64,000 nucleotides of DNA from Bdellovibrionota bacterium (GCA_050950765.1 JBMNIF010000002.1:576001-640000); one strand, 5' to 3'. Shown: positions 43,707 through 53,034, counted from the first letter of the stretch. Made by a program: numbers and translations. The notes: a model not told the origin generated them from the sequence alone.

Positions 43707-44132
43707 TGTTCCACGTGGAACATTTTCTTTAAAAGTGGTGAAAATTAAGAAAAACACCGAGCCGTGTTCCTTTTCTCATCTTGTAAGGGGCGTTTTGCAA
43801 AACAAGCTCTTCTCTCTGCGCGGTTTGTTTTTATTTGGCGCACATCAAAAAAACGCCCTCAGGGCGTTTTTTTAAGGATGGAAGATTGCGGGAGTAAAAT
43901 GTTCCACGTGGAACATTGGAAGGGGTTTTGTTTTTTAGATGGTACTGAGGGCGTTTTTTGCTTTTTGTTCCACGTGGAACAAAAAGACGGGTGAGGGTAG
44001 ATCGGTGAGTTTTGGTTTTTACCATTAATGTTCCACGTGGAACATTAATCTGTGAGTGGTGATTTAGTAGGTGAGGGCGTTTTTTTAGAAAAGCTCTTAG
44101 TTGGTGAGTGGTAAAATGTTCCACGTGGAACA
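43707..44132. promoter_or_regulatory. parS: Cluster of five perfect parS sites
   Basis: TGTTCCACGTGGAACA at 43707, 43900, 43966, 44029, 44117. Confidence 0.95.
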
Positions 44133-44304
44133 AAGGGGAGTGGAGACCTGCTGTAAAGCACCTAACCCCCGAGTTTTTCTATCTTTTTAACCTCCGTAGA
44201 AACCTAGCCGATTCGTTTTGTAGTTTTAGCCCGCTCTGTTGTCCTTGCAGGGTGAAGATTTTTGACCTCCGTCCAGATCTAGCTGGTTCCTTCCTTATAG
44301 TAGG

Positions 44305-45421
44305 CTAGGTTTCACTTCTTCTATTTTCGCTACTTAATAGATATTCTTCAATAAAAGCATCAAGGTCTCCGTCTAAAACCGCTTCTACTGAAGAGGTTTC
44401 GTAATTAGTGCGTAGGTCTTTTACCATTTTATAGGGGTGTAAGACGTAGCTTCTAATCTGATTGCCGAATTCAATCTTCTTTCTCTCTCCTTTTAGATCC
44501 GCCATCTTCTCTTCACGTTCCTGTTCTTGAAGTTCATAAAGCTTTGCCTTTAAGACCTTCATGGCAAAATCTTTATTCTTATGTTGAGAGCGTTCATTTT
44601 GACAGGAAGCTACTATTCCCGTTGGAAGGTGCGTTATCCTTACAGCAGACTCTGTCTTATTAACGTGTTGACCACCCGCACCTGAAGAACGGTAGGTATC
44701 TATCCTTAGATCCTTTTCATCTATCTCTAATTCTATGTCATCATCGATATCAGGAGTTACCGAAATAGAGGCAAAAGATGTGTGACGACGGGCATTTGAG
44801 TCAAAAGGGGAGATGCGCACCAAGCGGTGCACGCCCTGTTCTGATCTTAAAAAACCGTATGCAAAATCTCCTTTAATGTAGAGGCTGGCGTTTTTGATGC
44901 CCGCTTCCTCACCCGCTCTAAAATCGAGCTCTTCTACGGAAAACCCCTTCCGTTCTGCCCAACGAAGATACATGCGGTAAAGCATTAATGCCCAGTCCTG
45001 CGCTTCAGTCCCGCCGGAGCCACCGTTAACTTCGAGGATGGCGGCTTGAGGATCGTTCGGATTGTTCATCTTGCTTAAAAACTCTTGTCTTTTCAGCTTG
45101 TTAGCAAGGTCGCTAACTATTGAAACAGCTTCATTGAAAAAATCATCATCATTATCTTCTTCATATAAACTAAAAGCTGTGTGCGCTTCTTCCTGTAAAG
45201 AGAGGAGCTCATTAAAGGAGTTTATGCCGTTTTGATAACGAGAACGTTCCTTTAAGATAGCCTTAGCTTGATCGGCATCATTCCAGAAGTTTGGGTCTTG
45301 AGATTGCTCTTCCAGTTCATCTAATCTCTTCTGTTTATTGGGGATGTCAAAGAAACCCCCGTAAAGCTTCTATCTTTTCATCTAAGGAGGTTAATTGATT
45401 TCTAACTTCTGAAGGTTCCAT
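44305..45421 (-). CDS. prfB: Peptide chain release factor 2, programmed +1 frameshift
   Basis: 'SPF' and 'GGQ' motifs; upstream ORF MEPSEVRNQLTSLDEKIEALRGFL ends at CTT-TGA-C (45352-45346). Confidence 0.95.
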
Positions 45422-45478
45422 AACAATTGCCTTATAATAATATAGTATAAAAAGTAAGATCCCTTATAAGGGAGTCTT

Positions 45479-46410
45479 GCCTAAGATATCGATGATTGCA
45501 ACGATATATCTTACTGCCGTTTAAAATATAACCCGTTAAAATATAATTAAGTATAGTAAGTTAGTTATAACATATTGAAATGTCTAATGGGTATCACACG
45601 CTTCCCAAGATACCAATGATTGTGATGATATTTTTGATTGTAATGACAGGCGCAGATCGTTTTTGCGTTCCCCAAGATACCGATGATTGTGATGATACTT
45701 TTACTAACACACTTCCCAAGATACCAATGATTGTGATGATAGGTGTAGACAGGTGCAGGTTATTTTTACGCTTCCCAAGATACCAATGATTGTGATGATA
45801 TTTTTACTTAAGTCCTTGTTATTATTAAAAATATAGTTAAGTATAGTAAGTTAGTTACAACATACTGAAATGTCTAATGGGTATCGCACACTTCCCAAGA
45901 TACCGATAATCGTGATGATACTTTTTACTAATACGCTTCCCAAGATGCCAATGATCACAATGACTTCTTTATTAACACATTCCCCAAGATGCCGATGATT
46001 GCGATGATACTTTTACTAATACGCTTCCCAAGATACCGATGATTGCGATTATTTTTTTACTAACACGCTTTCCAAGATGCTGATGATTGTGATGATATTT
46101 TTACTTAAGTCCTTGTTATTATTAAAAATATAATTAAATATAGTAAGCTAGTTATAACGTACTGAAACGCTTAATAGGTATCACACGCTTCCCAAGATAC
46201 CGATGATTGCGATGATTGTGAGGCAGGGGAGATCGTTTTTATTTTTCCCAAGATACCAATGATTGTGATGATACTTTTACTAATACGCTTCCCAAGATAC
46301 CAATGATCACGATGACTTCTTTATTAACACATTCCCCAAGATACCGATGATAGTGATGACTTCTTTATTAACACATTCCCCAAGATACCAATGATTGCGA
46401 TGATTTTTTT
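45479..46410. repeat. Compound tandem array, ~15 copies of a ~28-bp core
   Basis: TTCCCAAGATACCRATGATTGYGATGAT cores, mostly 44-bp period, grouped into ~290-bp higher-order units. Confidence 0.92.
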
Positions 46411-46519
46411 CTTAACCCCCTGTTGTTATTAAAGTGTGTAGTTGTAAAATAATCTGTATCGAGACACCTTAGTTTAATATTAAACTATTTATTTATGAAG
46501 ATATTTTAACGGAAATGAG

Positions 46520-47608
46520 ATGGTCATAAAGCGAATTTTTACTACATTTATTTTTACACTACTACTTTGCACGATATGTAGTGTTCAACTTTTTGCTGAA
46601 GAGCAACCTGCTAAGGTGAGTTATAGTGTGGTGCATAAGTTTGATCCAGATATACCGCCTCAAGGTATCGCCTTTTTTAATGATAAAACTTTACTTGTAG
46701 CGATCTCTCAACACTTTGGCGCTAACAATCGTGTAGGAAAGATCGGTATCGGAAGTTATGATAGCACTCCTTTTCCAAATAAGGAGTGGGGCAGGGCACC
46801 TAAAAGTGCAGGTGGGATCGGATTGTTTAACGTTGCACAGGTGCATATAGTCGATAATATTGCGTGGATCCTTGATCAGGCGGAAAAAGAGGGCGAGCCT
46901 GCTAAAATTTTAGGTTGGGATATCGTAAAGAATCGTTTTTATAGAGTTTTTTATATCTATCCTCCCGTACTGACACCAAAATCTCTTTTACACGATTTTG
47001 TTGTTGATAATTCAAAAAATGTAATTTTTATTACTGATGAGAGTGCAGCTCTTATCGTTCTTAATACTACGACAGGTCACTCCCGACGTGTTTTAGATCA
47101 GGACCGTTCAACTATTTCTCAAGATATTCCGCTAATTATAAACGGTAAAAGTGTGAAGCTAAACGGGAAGCCTTTCTTCGCAGGCGCTGCTCCACTTGCG
47201 CTTGATTTAAAAAAAGAGTGGCTTTACTTCGGAGCTTTTTCCGGACACGACCTATACCGCATTAAGGTTTCAGACCTTATTAACACGGATCTTTCAGGAA
47301 AAGACCTCTCTGCAAGGGTTGCTCATTTTGCAAAACGTCCTATTACGGGCAGCATTGTTTTTACTAAAAAAGGTAACATTGTTTTATCTGACGTAGCTGC
47401 AAGTGGCATCGGGATGATTTCAAAGGATAAGGTCTATAAAGTTTTGTTTAAAGATAACAAGAAGTTACAGTGGATAGAGGGGCTTTTAGAAAAAGATGAT
47501 GGCTTTATTTACGGTGTTTCCACTCAAAGGCAAGGTGCGCCTTCTTTTAATGATGGTGTTAATCGCTCAACTCCACCGTTTTTAATGATTAAATTTAAAG
47601 AAGAATAG
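46520..47608 (+). CDS. Exported Yellow/major-royal-jelly-like beta-propeller protein
   Basis: Signal peptide; 'WILDQ', 'SLLHDFVVD...FITD', 'ALIVLNTTTGHSRRVL', 'WLYFGAF'. Confidence 0.75.
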   Translation: MVIKRIFTTFIFTLLLCTICSVQLFAEEQPAKVSYSVVHKFDPDIPPQGIAFFNDKTLLVAISQHFGANNRVGKIGIGSYDSTPFPNKEWGRAPKSAGGIGLFNVAQVHIVDNIAWILDQAEKEGEPAKILGWDIVKNRFYRVFYIYPPVLTPKSLLHDFVVDNSKNVIFITDESAALIVLNTTTGHSRRVLDQDRSTISQDIPLIINGKSVKLNGKPFFAGAAPLALDLKKEWLYFGAFSGHDLYRIKVSDLINTDLSGKDLSARVAHFAKRPITGSIVFTKKGNIVLSDVAASGIGMISKDKVYKVLFKDNKKLQWIEGLLEKDDGFIYGVSTQRQGAPSFNDGVNRSTPPFLMIKFKEE

Positions 47609-47680
47609 GATTTCTATCGATAAGTACCACTTGTAGAGCGGGACTTAATTTTTAGCGGTTTAAAGTAGCGACCTAAAGAT

Positions 47681-47944
47681 AGGGAGGAAAAGGGTTTTTT
47701 GCCTGTAACCACTCTTTGTAGCTGTAATGGGTAGTAAGTTATGACATATACTTTAAATTTCAGGGAGGAAAAGGGTTTTTATTTATAACTTTTTCTTTGT
47801 AGCTGTAATGGGTAGTAAGTTATGACATGAACTTGGAATTTCAGGGAGAAAAAAGGTTTTTGTCTGTAACCTTCTCTTTGTAGTTTTAAGGGGTAGTAAG
47901 TTATGACATATACTTTAAATTTCAGGGAGAAAAAAGGTTTTTGT
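47681..47944. repeat. 81-bp tandem repeat, ~3.3 copies
   Basis: AGGGAG.AAA.GGTTTTT...GGGTAGTAAGTTATGACAT units at 47681, 47762, 47843, 47924. Confidence 0.9.
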
Positions 47945-48046
47945 CGATGATGGCTACTCTTTATAAAGCGTATCTGTGGTAAAATATACTGTCTTAAATG
48001 ATTAGGTTGGGGTAAGTTACTAATTGTTTTTATTGATGATTTTGTT

Positions 48047-49369
48047 ATGTCGCCTCCAGAGATCTTAATTGGGCTTATTATTTTAGGTGGTGGAATTTTT
48101 GCTTTCTTTGCTTATCGCAAATGGGTGAATGATGCCATCTCAAACAGGAGAGCGCGGGAGCAGGAGTATTTTGATAGAATTGCGGAGCAGGCTAGTGCCA
48201 TTCAAAAAAATGCTTCAATTAAACGTAGTAGTGGCGACTTTGAAGATAAGTTTAGTAGTGCGGGTTTTTCTACTTCGGCACCATACGGTGCGCCGTATGG
48301 TGATAGTTCAGAGCCTAAAGGTGCCTTTCAAGAGGGCGTTCCGTTTTCAGAGGAGCGCACTCCTCTCACAGGTGTGATTGAAGATGCACAGTTTTCTCCT
48401 TTAACAACACAAGCCATCTCATCACAAGTTGTAGCAGCGCAGGCGGGAGAAGGGATTTTCTCTGGAATTCGTACCTTACCGTGTGCTTGGGTGACTAATG
48501 CGCCTGAAAATTGGCCGGATGTTGATTTCTCAATGGCTAATCGATCCCTTCGTTGTGTTAATTCCTCTTTTTATAATGCGAAGTTGCTTGATACCTTTAT
48601 ATGTGCTGGTTGTGTAGAAGGTGAGTCTATCCTGACGTTACAGACAAAACTTACTAATTTAGGGGTTTTGGAGATCCCGTTACAAGTTTTTACGGATGGC
48701 GTTTTTAGATCTGTTTTTATCTACCCTGAGGCAGACCTTGAAGATGCCGCTCATTTTAGTGGTGTAAGAGATCTCTTTAAGGAGTTAGGAGAAGTTGAGC
48801 CAGTTTTTTATGCAGGAAAAGTTTTGCCGCCCTCACCTCCCGCTTCGGTTTGTCGTCCTTTAAAGCCACAAGATCTAAGTGTTTATAGGGGAGTTGTGCC
48901 AGCCGGAGATTACGGTATTTGGTGGGATACTTCTCAACAAGATGATAGCGCTATAAATATTTTGCGCGAAACATATACGTTAATGGATCGCATTGAAAGT
49001 TATATTGCCGGACTTCTTGTGTCAGAACTAGGACTTAGTGCCAATCAGGGATCTCGACGGATAGCGTTACCTGAAAAAAATTTTCAAGTTCCGCTTCTTG
49101 CATATCACGGAGCTATCGTTCTGATGACCCTTTCAGCAGCAAAAGGGATTAGGTTTCATTTTAATATGGCGCATACTACACCATTTTATCGAGATTGTTT
49201 TTTAGCTGCCTTTAGAGATTTCATTAAGTTATATCGTAACCAGATTGAAAGAGATAAGGCTCCGCTAGACCATGCTACAAGTAATTCACCTCTAGCGTGG
49301 TGGAGTAGTATGGAAGAGGCCTACCGTGAAGATTCTAAAAATATGGTGATAGGTAAGATATCTCTTTAA
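48047..49369 (+). CDS. Hypothetical membrane-anchored protein
   Basis: 440 aa ORF, N-terminal TM helix, no motif recognised. Confidence 0.7.
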   Translation: MSPPEILIGLIILGGGIFAFFAYRKWVNDAISNRRAREQEYFDRIAEQASAIQKNASIKRSSGDFEDKFSSAGFSTSAPYGAPYGDSSEPKGAFQEGVPFSEERTPLTGVIEDAQFSPLTTQAISSQVVAAQAGEGIFSGIRTLPCAWVTNAPENWPDVDFSMANRSLRCVNSSFYNAKLLDTFICAGCVEGESILTLQTKLTNLGVLEIPLQVFTDGVFRSVFIYPEADLEDAAHFSGVRDLFKELGEVEPVFYAGKVLPPSPPASVCRPLKPQDLSVYRGVVPAGDYGIWWDTSQQDDSAINILRETYTLMDRIESYIAGLLVSELGLSANQGSRRIALPEKNFQVPLLAYHGAIVLMTLSAAKGIRFHFNMAHTTPFYRDCFLAAFRDFIKLYRNQIERDKAPLDHATSNSPLAWWSSMEEAYREDSKNMVIGKISL

Positions 49370-49546
49370 AAACCGCATTTCTTACATATATTTAATATGC
49401 CCGACCTAGCTTTATCAGAAGCAAAGGTACCTCTTCTTACGATTTATTTGCGGATGAGCGTCCGATCGTATATCGGCGGTTCCTTTAAACTTTATGTTTT
49501 AAGGCATCCGTTTTTTACTTTAACTCCCTAACGGGAGTTCCCCTTA
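49265..49546. repeat. 282-bp direct repeat copy 1 (3' end of upstream gene plus cassette leader); copy 2 at 51853-52134; leader-only copy at 50263-50384
   Basis: Near-identical sequence, offset 2588 bp, about 3 substitutions. Confidence 0.95.
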
Positions 49547-49576
49547 ATTAAGATATATAGAAAGGTGGGCAGGAAA

Positions 49577-49963
49577 ATGCCCCAAGGAGAGAGCGGAAAA
49601 CGATCTGTTATCTTTTGCGCCGAAACTGGCAAAGAGTTGACCCCAGCGCAGTTGCAGATGTGGTATGCACTTACCTTGAAAGCAACTGAAGATTATTGTG
49701 GTGAGGTCATTACCCCTTTTAAAAGGAAAAAGAACGAGCTCGGCGAAACTGAGATTAATTTTGATACTCACATCCTTACCTTCAAGTGGCCCAAAGGGTA
49801 CCCGCCCTCGTCGCTCTATTGGGAGACTGGTGTGGGTGGTCGTTTGACTGTTTTCCTTACCGCCACTAATGATAAGGAGAACCGTTACTGGGAGCTCCGT
49901 TTCTTTGAAGAAACGGAGCGCGAAAGAGAGCTAAAAAACTTCCTCGCAAGTCTTGTCCAATGA
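49577..49963 (+). CDS. Cassette ORF 1, hypothetical (~128 aa)
   Basis: RBS-like GAAAGGTGG; enclosed by shared flanks. Confidence 0.7.
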   Translation: MPQGESGKRSVIFCAETGKELTPAQLQMWYALTLKATEDYCGEVITPFKRKKNELGETEINFDTHILTFKWPKGYPPSSLYWETGVGGRLTVFLTATNDKENRYWELRFFEETERERELKNFLASLVQ

Positions 49964-50160
49964 CTCAAGCTCTGCAAGGTGCCTAAGATCTAAATGAAAG
50001 GGGAGGGGGCGTTCGCCAAAAGTAAAAACGGCTGCTACGGTTGCTTCGGAAGGTTCTTTCGATACTTATCGCGACGCTCACTCTCCTATTCTTAATAGAT
50101 CGATCTAGTATCTTTATCTCGGTGTTTTTATAAAACTAAGAGGGTATTACGTTTAAAAAA
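49961..50160. repeat. Shared 3' element copy 1 (other copies start at 50778 and 52581)
   Basis: TGACTCAAGCTCTGCAAGGTGC...GAGGGTATTACGTTT begins exactly at each ORF stop codon. Confidence 0.95.
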
Positions 50161-50417
50161 TATCGCTTTAGATTAGCCGCCTACTAAAGTACGGTGCTTT
50201 TACGAGTCATCTTTTTTTCAAACTTGTTTCTCAATTTTTCATAATAATTGCTACGATCCGATTTTATCAGAAGCAAAAGTATCTCTTCTTACGACTTATT
50301 TGCGGATGAGCGTCCGATCGTATATCGGCGGTTCCTTTAAACTTTATGTTTTAAGGCATCCGTTTTTTACTTTAACTCCCTAACTTCCTTTGTAAGGATA
50401 GAATTTAGGAGCTTGAC

Positions 50418-50780
50418 ATGAGCCTCAAGGCTGGAACCATCCAATTGGATGGCGGCGACCGTGCGAAATCTCTCTGTCAAAACTTTATCAGCAGAGGCGG
50501 GGGGGATTGCAAACAACACACGAGGTCTGACAAAGGAGATGAATTTCATTTCGACGATCGTAAAGTTTGTTACCCCACCGATCGTTGGCCCAGAAAAGTA
50601 GAGTACACGGGCGCAGTGGTTAGTTGGATGATCGAGGAAGATGTTTTGACAATCTTCGTTTTTGTCATCACGGATACCGAAGACATCCCTACTACTGTCA
50701 ACGAAGAAAATTGTCACTGCACGGCGACGTTCAACGATCCAGAAGTCGTGAAAAAGTTCTTGGCAGAGTTTTGCAACTGA
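50418..50780 (+). CDS. Cassette ORF 2, hypothetical (120 aa)
   Basis: RBS AGGAG; enclosed by shared flanks; ends DPEVVKKFLAEFCN. Confidence 0.75.
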   Translation: MSLKAGTIQLDGGDRAKSLCQNFISRGGGDCKQHTRSDKGDEFHFDDRKVCYPTDRWPRKVEYTGAVVSWMIEEDVLTIFVFVITDTEDIPTTVNEENCHCTATFNDPEVVKKFLAEFCN

Positions 50781-50810
50781 CTCAAGCTCTGCAAGGTGCT
50801 TAAGGTTCGA

Positions 50811-50951
50811 ATGAAAGGGGAGGGGGCGTACGCCAAAAGTAAAAAACGGCTGCTACGGTTGTTTCGGAAGGTTCTTTCGATACTTATCGCGACGCTCACT
50901 CTCCTATTCTTAATAGATCGATCTAGTATCTTTATTTTGGTGTTTTTATAA
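50811..50951 (+). CDS. Putative 46-aa basic/hydrophobic membrane peptide (in 3' element copy 2)
   Basis: MKGEGAYAKSKKRLLRLFRKVLSILIATLTLLFLIDRSSIFILVFL; AAGG upstream. Confidence 0.4.
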   Translation: MKGEGAYAKSKKRLLRLFRKVLSILIATLTLLFLIDRSSIFILVFL

Positions 50952-51093
50952 AACTAAGAGGGTATTACGTTTAAAAAATCACCTCTTTTTATTAAACTAA
51001 GTTATTAAATAGTTTAAATGCAAGCTTTAAAAAGAGTTTAAAAAGAGAGACTAAACGTTTTAAGAAGATAAAAATAATCGTAAAAAAGATTAA

Positions 51094-51658
51094 CTAAAAA
51101 GCGCCACCCCCCAACTTTGATCCACCGTTGGATCTGCCGCCATTAAAGGTTCTATTTGAAAAGCTTGAGCTTTGAGTGGGAGTAGTCTCTTTTTGAGTCT
51201 GTTGTTGCGGAGTCCAAGTGTTTTGTAAACGGATCTTTATCTTTGGTGCAGAAGCGTCATATCTGTGATTATTAGTGCGGTCAGCTATCTTCACTCCTTG
51301 ATGCGGATTATAGCCCATGCCACGACTAAGGACATCGATCTTACCGGTACTACTATAACCGTCATTATGTGCGCCATATCTATTAGCTATCTCGTCTTTG
51401 TAAGCGACACTATTTTTTTGACTGTATTTTTCATATAGAGAGGCAGCGTCACCATCATTTACAGTTGAGCCTACACTGTTAAAGTTTGAAGAGTAAGTTT
51501 GATAACACTTTTGTTGATACTCGTCAGCTTCGCGCTGGAACCGTTCTTTCTCTGCTTTTTGAGCTTTCTCTCTTTTTTATCTGTTGAGCCTTTACCTTTC
51601 TTTGAGCTCTTTCAGCATCATAAGTAGCTTGTATTTTTTCCCAAAATTCATCACCCAT
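51094..51658 (-). pseudogene. Hypothetical ~187-aa gene with a single frameshift near 51570-51580
   Basis: MGDEFWEKIQATYDAERAQRKVKAQQIKK frame continues after a +1 shift as EKAQKAEKERFQREAD... open to 51094. Confidence 0.6.
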
Positions 51659-52163
51659 AGAATAACCTTTTTAAAAAAGCTCCCCTTCTCTAGTTGACTA
51701 TTAATATAATCGAAGAGATCTCACGATCTGATTCAAGTTAAAATATAAAAAGCTCTCCTGTAAATTTATCCATTAACTGCTAGGGAGTTGGAAAGAGCGC
51801 TAAGCTTGGAGCTAGAAAGAAAAAAGTATATCCTTTAGCTAGAACCTTTTCACTAGACCATGCTACAAGCAATTCACCTCTAGCGTGGTGGAGTAGTATG
51901 GAAGAGGCCTACCGTGAAGATTCTAAAAATATGGTGATAGGTAAGATATCTCTTTAAAAACCGCATTTCTTACATATATTTAATATGCCCGACCTAGCTT
52001 TATCAGAAGCAAAGGTACCTCTTCTTACGATTTATTTGCGGATGAGCGTCCGATCGTATATCGGCGGTTCTTTTAGACTTTATGTTTTAAGGCATCCGTT
52101 TTTTACTTTAACTCCCTAACGGGAGTTCCCCTTATAAGGATAGAATTTAGGAGGGCAGATATT

Positions 52164-52583
52164 ATGTCTGCTAATAAATCTGGAGCTAGTGGCGGAAACA
52201 CACCCAGCTACAACCCTGGAGAGATAGAAACCGGTATGATCCATTTCTTTCCGAAGGAACGAGATCGGATGCTTGACATACTCTTCGGCGAAAAAGCGTA
52301 TCTTAACGACTTGCGCGGAAAGAAAGCTGATAAAAACGGTTACTCCGTGTACGCCTCTGTTCGTTGTCCCTTGCGCGAAGAAATGGACTTATACGAAGGC
52401 GCAATGGTTTTTTGGAAGCGTGAGAAGAGTCGTTTGACAGAAATATCCATTTACATCATCAGAGAGGGTGATGATGGAAACACCTTGCAGAACGTTATCG
52501 ATGGTCGAATCGGTGATGATATCACGGTGATAGTCAAGGATCCAGAAGTCGGGGAAAAGCTCTTGGAAGAGTTTTGCAACTGA
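52164..52583 (+). CDS. Cassette ORF 3, hypothetical (139 aa)
   Basis: RBS AGGAGG; enclosed by shared flanks; ends DPEVGEKLLEEFCN. Confidence 0.75.
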   Translation: MSANKSGASGGNTPSYNPGEIETGMIHFFPKERDRMLDILFGEKAYLNDLRGKKADKNGYSVYASVRCPLREEMDLYEGAMVFWKREKSRLTEISIYIIREGDDGNTLQNVIDGRIGDDITVIVKDPEVGEKLLEEFCN

Positions 52584-52613
52584 CTCAAGCTCTGCAAGGT
52601 GCCTAAGGTCTAA

Positions 52614-52754
52614 ATGAAAGGGGAGGGGGCGTATGCCAAAAGTAAAAAACGGCTGCTACGGTTGTTGCGGAAGGTTCTTTCGATACTTATCGCGACGCTC
52701 ACTCTCCTATTCTTAATAGATCGATCTAGTATCTTTATCTCGGTGTTTTTATAA
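52614..52754 (+). CDS. Putative 46-aa basic/hydrophobic membrane peptide (in 3' element copy 3)
   Basis: MKGEGAYAKSKKRLLRLLRKVLSILIATLTLLFLIDRSSIFISVFL; AAGG upstream. Confidence 0.4.
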   Translation: MKGEGAYAKSKKRLLRLLRKVLSILIATLTLLFLIDRSSIFISVFL

Positions 52755-52975
52755 AACTAAGAGGGTATTACGTTTTTAAAAATCCCCTCTTTTATTAAAC
52801 CAAGTTATTAAATAGTTTAAATGCAAAGTTTAAAAAGAGTTTAAAAAGAGAGACTAAACGTTTTAAGAAGATAAAAATAATCGTAAGTAAAAAAGAAGAG
52901 AACTTTTCTATTGCCACTCACTTAAAAGCGCTTAACTAACATACGTAAAAGTAAAAAAAATTAGGTTAAAAGTAC

Positions 52976-53034
52976 AAAAAAACGGACTAAATCTTCCTAC
53001 TCTCTTTCTGAAGGGTGTTTTAGTCCGTTTTTTT
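52976..53034. terminator. Bidirectional terminator-like hairpin downstream of ilvE
   Basis: AAAAAAACGGACTAAA...TTTAGTCCGTTTTTTT. Confidence 0.6.

Noticed and set aside
43764..44308. Short ORFs with MFHVEH/VPRGT repeats
   Set aside because: Translation artefacts of parS palindromes
45580..45789. 69-aa repeat protein
   Set aside because: Chance reading of the repeat array; 44-bp units do not preserve frame
45479..46410. CRISPR array
   Set aside because: Linkers are mostly ~15 nt and reused rather than unique, repeats are degenerate and non-palindromic, and no cas genes are in the window
49450..49511. Hammerhead ribozyme or purine riboswitch in the cassette leader
   Set aside because: No CUGAUGA/GAAA core and no purine-aptamer consensus
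52633..52716. Cys-rich RiPP-like peptide MPKVKNGCYGCCGRFF...
   Set aside because: The ATG exists only in copy 3 (TCG/ACG in the others) and no modifying enzymes are nearby
49265..52886. Integron gene cassettes with attC sites
   Set aside because: No intI in the window; flanks are longer than attC and lack a convincing RYYYAAC...GTTRRRY bottom-strand hairpin; each ORF has its own long leader
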